DNA from: Nemertoderma westbladi | Lineage: Eukaryota; Animalia; Xenacoelomorpha | Direction: 5' to 3' | Assembly (NCBI GenBank): GCA_032718475.1 | Contig: JAUCBJ010003513.1 | Span: 1-64,000 of the forward strand | DNA length: 64,000 nt | Shown here: positions 59,101 to 64,000 of the stretch, piece after piece | Numbering within the stretch: the stretch's first letter is position 1 | How the letters are laid out: each line of letters begins with the position of its first letter | Made by a program: the position numbers and the translations under genes | The notes under the pieces: model-generated | What the model saw: only the letters and a program-made list of their open reading frames with translations | What the model was told of the DNA's origin: nothing | Databases searched by the model: none

Positions 59101-62100
59101 GATCCCGGTTTATCCGTTGGGTTTTCTATCCACGCGTCCCCGCCGTGTGTGAAAGGTAAAAGAGTTCTGATGTTCGGTAATATGCATAAAGGTATAATAG
59201 TCTGAGATATATAGCAGTATAGTATAGTATGACACAACAGGTAATATATAATGGCGGTAGCGGACGGTGACAGAAGTCCCCGTTCCACCCTACTGATCCG
59301 ACTGAGTAAACTGAACTGATATGATTACAGGTTACTGGTTATATTGCACGGTGGCCTTATTGCTACTCAATCGATGCCTTTCCCCCCTCTGATTGGTTGA
59401 TATCCCTGTTGGCACCCTTTGGAGTGTTTCCCTTCACTCCCTGTGTTCTCTCTCGGTTAGGGGTTTGGCCCCTGACCCCTATTGTGTGTGTCTCCTTTGG
59501 GGCCTATTGTCCCCGTTTACTGGGCTGACACGAGGTTGATTGGTAATCAACCTCGTGCTCCCAATATTGCTTTATGGCTCACTCTATGGGTTTGTGTTAG
59601 CGGAATTGGATAAGCTAACAGTTCATACGTTAGCGACTTACCGATGTTGTGTACATTCCTTATATTTCCGATCTAAGGTTCATACGTTAGCTTAGCGACT
59701 TACCGACGTTGTGTACATTCCTTATATTTCCGATCTAGGTTCATACGTTAGTGACTTACCGATGTTGTGTACATTCCTTATATTTCCGATCTAGGTTCGT
59801 ACGTAAAAGTAAAGTTAAGTAAATTTTCTTCGGCCGCTAGGCCAGGGATTACGCACAAAGTCTGACGACTTATTTCCAGTGCGGTCCCCCCAGAACTTTA
59901 CTCCCCAGAGGAAACTCCAGTACTCATTTAGCTACCACTTAAGGATGCAAGGCAGAGATGCGCCCTGGCTGGTCCCTTTAAAGCATTCGTGCCGAAACGA
60001 AAACTGCCCTGGCCCATGTGAGGATCGAACCCACGACCTACAGGAGATGTGAATTCAATGCAACCACTACACCAAGGTGGAACCTACGTTAGCAACTTAC
60101 CGATGTTGTGTACATTCCTTATATTTCCGATCTAAGGTTCATACGTTAGCGACTTACCGATGTTGTGTACATTCCTTATATTTCCGATCTAAGGTTCATA
60201 CGTTAGCTTAGCGACTTACCGACGTTGTGTACATTCCTTATATTTCCGATCTAAGGTTCATACGTTAGCGACTTACCGATGTTGTGTACATTCCTTATAT
60301 TTCCGATCTAAGGTTCATACGTTATCTTAGCGATTTACTGACGTTGTGTACATTCCTTATATTTCCGATCTAAGGTTCATACATTAGCGACTTACCGACG
60401 TTGTGTACATTCCTTATATTTCCGATCTACAGTAAGGTTCATACGTTAGCGACTTACCGACGTTGTGTACATTCCTTATATTTCCGATCTAAGGTTCATA
60501 CGTTAGCGACTTACCGATGTTGTGTACATTCCTTATATTTCCGATCTAAGGTTCATACGTTAGCGACTTACCGACGTTGTGTACATTCCTTATATTTCCG
60601 ATCTACAGTAAGGTTCATACGTTAGCGACTTACCGATGTTGTGTACATTCCTTATACTTCCGATCTAAGGTTTGTACGTTAGCGACTTACCGATGTTGTG
60701 TACATTCCTTATACAGTATTTCCGATCTAAGGTTCATACGTTAGCTTAGCGACTTACCAACGTTGTGTGCATTCCTTATATTTCCGATCTAAGGTTTGTA
60801 CGTTAGCGACTTACCGATGTTGTGTACATTCCTTATATTTCCGATCTAAGGTTCGTACGTTAGCGACTTACCGATATTGTGTACATTCCTTATATTTCCG
60901 ATCTAGGTTCGTACGTTAGCAACTTACCGACGTTGTGTACATTCCTCATATTTCCAATCTAGGTTTGTACGTTAGCAACTTACCGACGTTGTGTACATTC
61001 CTCATATTTCCGATCTAAGGTTCGTACTTTAGCGACTTACCGATGTTGTGTACATTCCTTATATTTCCGATCTAGGTTCATACTTTAGCGACTTACCGAC
61101 GTTGTGTACATTCCTTATATTTCCGATCTAGGTTCGTACGTTAGCGACTTACCGACGTTGTGTACATTCCTTATATTTCCATCGAATGGGAATCGCGGAG
61201 TGCTTTCCAACATAAACTCGCAATGTTCACAGAAGTGCATCGAATCTTTAGTATTCTGTAACTTACTTAGAGACTCGGTGGCCTTCAGTAGCAGTTTCAC
61301 TTCTCGACTATTGTGGTCAAACTATATATAAATATGAAAGGAACAGATTATAACCAAAACAATCAACTAGAACCAGAACCGGAAAAAAATAAACTATACA
61401 ACAATGAGCTAGCCAGCTTTTACTCTACCAAATCGCCAGGGCGACATATTTTCCAACTTGATATCGCAGTGCGACATTATTTCTCAGTATGTCCCTACGC
61501 CACACAATTACTTTTACTATATTATATGTTCAGTATGTCACCGCGTCATTTTAAGCATAAATAATCACATGGCGTTATTCGAATACACCCAATAACTATT
61601 TCACAATTCTAAAACTTACAAAATTAAAATACAGTAGGTCAGAATCGAACCAGCGGCCTTTACATTCACAACCCGACGCGTTATCCCCTACACTAATTTG
61701 GTACGAGATTAAAGTGTTTATATTTAACATGTCATGCTTTCATGTTAAAAGGATGTTTTAGAAAGTTTAAATGCATAATGCATACAACTAATATTGTTCA
61801 ATTAGTAGGCCTACTTTAAAGCTTTTTCGGCCCTCTTTTTATTATTTCACTCTTTTATTTTACAACATCAGTAACGCCATAAAGCGGTATTTTATGAACA
61901 ATGATGTGTAGTTATTATATAATAAATCTAATAATGTAATTAATATTGGCTATATATCGCCTGTACTTGGTGATCTTTAGGCGTTCAGTTCTACACACAA
62001 CTAAAATGCTATCTATCAACATGGCTTTAAACGAACTTGTCTTACACAGACTACAAGAAACAGATGGGATTGGAAGATGCAGACCAAGAATGACTTGCAT

Positions 62101-63439
62101 CAACCAAAAAACTGCCTACCATTTAATGTAATACACATTTGCCTAAGCAAACAAATCATAATCACAATTACTGCGATGTGTGAAATGTTATCCTTATCCA
62201 CAAGCTGGGAAACGGCCCCAAATAGCAGTTTACTCTGCGAAGGGGTTTTACTGTGTTGGATAAATAAATTAACGAACACTAAAATATTTCTCCCTAAACC
62301 TAATACAGTAGATTCTCAGTTAACCTAATAAAAAACATCGGAAGCAACCAATATAATGTCAAGCCTTCTATGAAAGTTTGTGTAATTTTCATTGCGTCTA
62401 CCCAACAGCTGTTGGTACCCGGCTGGCACCCTGGTTCAGTTTTCTGATTATGTTAGTGTAATCGACAGCTGTTGTAAACGTCCCAGATATACAAAACCTA
62501 CTAAGCCTTTACATTACAATTTAGCTTACCCTGAGTTGATGACAGTATTATAACGATGACAATTAGGCCCTATAGATACATACGATATATAAATGATGTA
62601 CTGCTTGACATTACACTAACTGACTGAATAGAGATAGAACTATAATAATATAATAATAATGTAGTACGTAACTCAAATTAACAATAAGTAGTGAAATGTT
62701 GTTCAGCTGACAAAGTGTAGCTGTGGGTATTTAATTTCGCGTTCCATAATGTTGATAATATGCGAATATTTCGAATATCGCACATCGAATCGTTCCCAAC
62801 TTTTTTACTCAACTACTAGATAACAATTTATATAGTCGCGTTTACAATTTTCCAAGTTGAAGTTGAAGCCATTTGGTGGTTTATACATACATACAAACAA
62901 CCAACCAAAAATACATATATACATCTATCGTTTTTCGTCGCCTCAGCTCTAAACAAAAACTAACCAGTCTAAAGACAGATTCGTTATTAATTTATGATAC
63001 TTGATTCTCATATACTCAGTCTCACAGACAGTGCCATTATATTATCCCCCATGTGAGGCAAATAAATTGTAAAGCGGTTGAAGTATTTAAAAATAACAAA
63101 TGTGTATTTTTTTATTAAAACAAATTAATACATTTACAATTAGAGTTAAGCTCAGGGATGGACACAAGGCCGGGTAAGCCCGCGGGCCGGGGCGGGCCGA
63201 GACCCAACAGGCCGGGCCGCGCCCGGGCCATGAAACCCCGGCCCGTGTCCATCTCTGGTTAAACTAACCTTTAGGAGCATTCCTTCTATTTCATCCCCCC
63301 ATAACATTTCATCGGATTTTCTGTTTAAATGTTTATTCCACACGTTTATAAACTGATTTATTCCTTCTTGTTTCAAATATTCCGCATAATTCTTTGTTTC
63401 TTCGTAGGATAAAGGTTCCCCTTGACTTAATAAACCCAT
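44145..63439 (-). CDS. GCLC: Glutamate-cysteine ligase catalytic subunit-like, divergent, ~617 aa. Exons 63439-63269, 61321-61153, 50851-50601, 50421-50287, 49701-49525, 49108-48981, 45685-45538, 45331-45143, 44630-44145
   Basis: Motifs [77 protein letters not shown] and [10 protein letters not shown]. All 8 introns are GT..AG with consistent phases; exons sum to 1854 nt (618 codons). Confidence 0.92.
46806..47252 (+). CDS. Secreted/ER-luminal cysteine-rich protein (14 Cys in two CxxC clusters), single exon, nested antisense in GCLC intron 6
   Basis: GC-rich island in AT-rich intron, with ATG start and hydrophobic signal peptide. Clusters [20 protein letters not shown] and [21 protein letters not shown]; C-terminus KEYL. 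Confidence 0.8.
   Translation: MKLIIIVWSVLLLVLLSLSETSCKDTGGVSDEDTMSPSNEAAGTEGSDGDKGKEYGAFCKYCKYCKHCKSCDIECVDCDAEAIPGAPKRKCPVTCKYCSYCRLCSFCNTVCDSDGTLARWTAMAAAAAASLMPAEDIEKDLQTIKEYL
47563..48742. mobile_element. Non-autonomous foldback (Mutator/FB-like) element with long sub-repeated inverted arms
   Basis: Left arm ~47563-48040 of AAAAATATCGAG(TGTTG/AGT) units; right arm ~48350-48742 is the reverse complement. Termini GGT...ACC; 8-bp TSD GAATAATG at 47555-47562 and 48743-48750. Confidence 0.85.
49196..49305 (+). mobile_element. Internally deleted copy of the tRNA-derived SINE
   Basis: GGTCCCACCTCGATGTAGTGGTTGCATTGAATTCACATCTC...GGCAGTTTTCGTTT is joined directly to the 3' end TAGCGGCCGAAGAAA. 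Confidence 0.8.
49805..50060. repeat. Degenerate ~70-bp tandem repeat (GAGCAGGTTACAGAG...TTTTCTAACCAAAAC), ~4 copies, GCLC intron 4
   Basis: TTTTCTAACCAAAA recurs four times. Confidence 0.7.
51827..52362 (-). repeat. 3' LTR
   Basis: TGTGACGGG...GCTAACA, direct repeat of 59085-59620. Confidence 0.93.
52895..53690. repeat. Internal tandem repeats of the LTR element (66-bp units, then ~47-bp units, sharing CTACGTGGCGCT...GGTGCCCACAACC)
   Basis: Read directly. Confidence 0.85.
53898..58921 (-). CDS. BEL/Pao Gag-protease polyprotein, split into ORFs 57380-58921, 56396-57193 and 53898-56414 by frameshifts in G homopolymers
   Basis: [12 protein letters not shown]...KYL...[12 protein letters not shown] (Pao gag core), zinc knuckles CQLH..H...C and CHRC..GH...C, protease [22 protein letters not shown]. 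No RT, RNase H or integrase seen. Confidence 0.8.
59085..59620 (-). repeat. 5' LTR
   Basis: Direct repeat of 51827-52362. Confidence 0.93.
59805..60084 (-). mobile_element. Full-length tRNA-derived SINE (~280 bp) inserted in the 57-bp minisatellite
   Basis: Minus-strand head GGTTCCACCTTGG...GTAGTGG (A-box-like) and GGTTCGATCC (B box), central TAAATGAGTACT, T-rich tail; flanking TACGT duplication. Two further copies are in the window. Confidence 0.82.
62015..62978. mobile_element. ~950-bp dispersed repeat, copy 2, in GCLC intron 1
   Basis: Direct repeat of 23447-24397. Confidence 0.8.
63153..63257. mobile_element. 105-bp GC-rich hAT-type MITE
   Basis: TIRs CAGGGATGGACAC / GTGTCCATCTCTG; 8-bp TSD GTTAAGCT / GTTAAACT with one mismatch. 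Confidence 0.8.
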
Positions 63440-63814
63440 CACTTACAAATAGTTTATACATAAATCAAATTATCTTTGGCGCCTACTGTAGGTGGTATTG
63501 AACTGCGCTTGTGTTTTCCAGATTGGAAATCCAATAAAAATATATAAATATATATAAATATAAATAAATATGAATATATAAATAAATAAATCTTATAATT
63601 TTACTATGAACAACATACAGTACTTTATGAACGTGTTATATCATTTATCGTATTGCATAACGGGTCGTTAGTATAGAAGCTATATTGAGTCCACTGTTGG
63701 TAACAGGTGGCCAATAACGTTAACGGTGGAAACAAAACTGGTAGCCCAATAATATAATGTACCATACTGTACACAAACTCGCGAACCTAAACATTTACAG
63801 TGTACAGCAACAGC

Positions 63815-64000
63815 ACGCTAGTGGCCGAAACTGTCACGGTCTGTACGCTAGTGTACGAAACTGTCAAAGATACACAGTACGTTAGTGGCCTACACTGTCA
63901 CGGTCTGTACGCTAGTGTACGAAACTACCACGGTCTGTACGCTAGTGGCCTACACTGTCATGATACACAGTACGCTAGTGGCCTACACTGTCACGGTCTG
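63815..64000. repeat. ~30-bp tandem repeat (GTACGCTAGTGGCCTACACTGTCACGGTCT), runs off the window end
   Basis: Read directly. Confidence 0.8.

Larger units (their letters stand above)
51827..59620 (-). mobile_element. Non-autonomous BEL/Pao-type LTR retrotransposon (7.8 kb, gag-protease only)
   Basis: 536-bp LTRs at 51827-52362 and 59085-59620 (TG...CA; no difference noticed by eye). 5-bp TSD GTTCA. G-rich polypurine tract at ~52363-52371 on the minus strand. Confidence 0.93.
51588..61180 (-). repeat. 56-57-bp minisatellite derived from the GCLC exon 2/intron 2 junction, ~26 copies in three blocks (51588-51826, 59621-59804, 60085-61180)
   Basis: Minus-strand unit GGAAATATAAGGAATGTACACAAC(G/A)TCG|GTAAGTCGCTAACGTA(C/T)GAACCT(T)AGATC. 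The first copy is the real exon end. Confidence 0.93.

Noticed and set aside
60010-60084. tRNA gene candidate (A and B boxes)
   Set aside because: No convincing cloverleaf; it is the head of a repeated SINE with a tail and target duplication.
63440-63442. ORF-track start of GCLC at 63442
   Set aside because: That codon is GTG; the ATG of the conserved MGLL start is at 63439.

Overview
AT-rich, intron-containing animal (invertebrate-like) genomic DNA; nothing prokaryotic and no CRISPR. There are two spliced host genes. One is the 3' part of a CCDC66-like gene (+, 8 exons, 1238-25445). The other is a complete but active-site-divergent glutamate-cysteine ligase catalytic subunit (GCLC-like, -, 9 exons, 63439-44145, ~617 aa). 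Each hosts an intronless antisense nested gene: Slingshot phosphatase (17015-21103) in the CCDC66-like intron, and a 148-aa secreted protein with two 7-Cys CxxC clusters (46806-47252) in GCLC intron 6. Between the hosts lies an intronless nAChR/5-HT3-like pentameric ligand-gated channel (39182-40783) that lacks both Cys-loop cysteines and has an extra hydrophobic C-terminal tail. About a third of the window is tandem repeat (35, 21, 33, 24 and 57 bp units). The 57-bp unit is a direct amplification of the GCLC exon 2/intron 2 splice junction and was later interrupted by a young gag-protease-only BEL/Pao LTR element and a tRNA-derived SINE. Other mobile DNA includes an L2/CR1 LINE with an in-frame minisatellite, a P-element-like transposase relic, Pao and RTE relics, a foldback element and a hAT-type MITE. 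All gene models and family calls come from manual reading and remembered motifs; no search was run.
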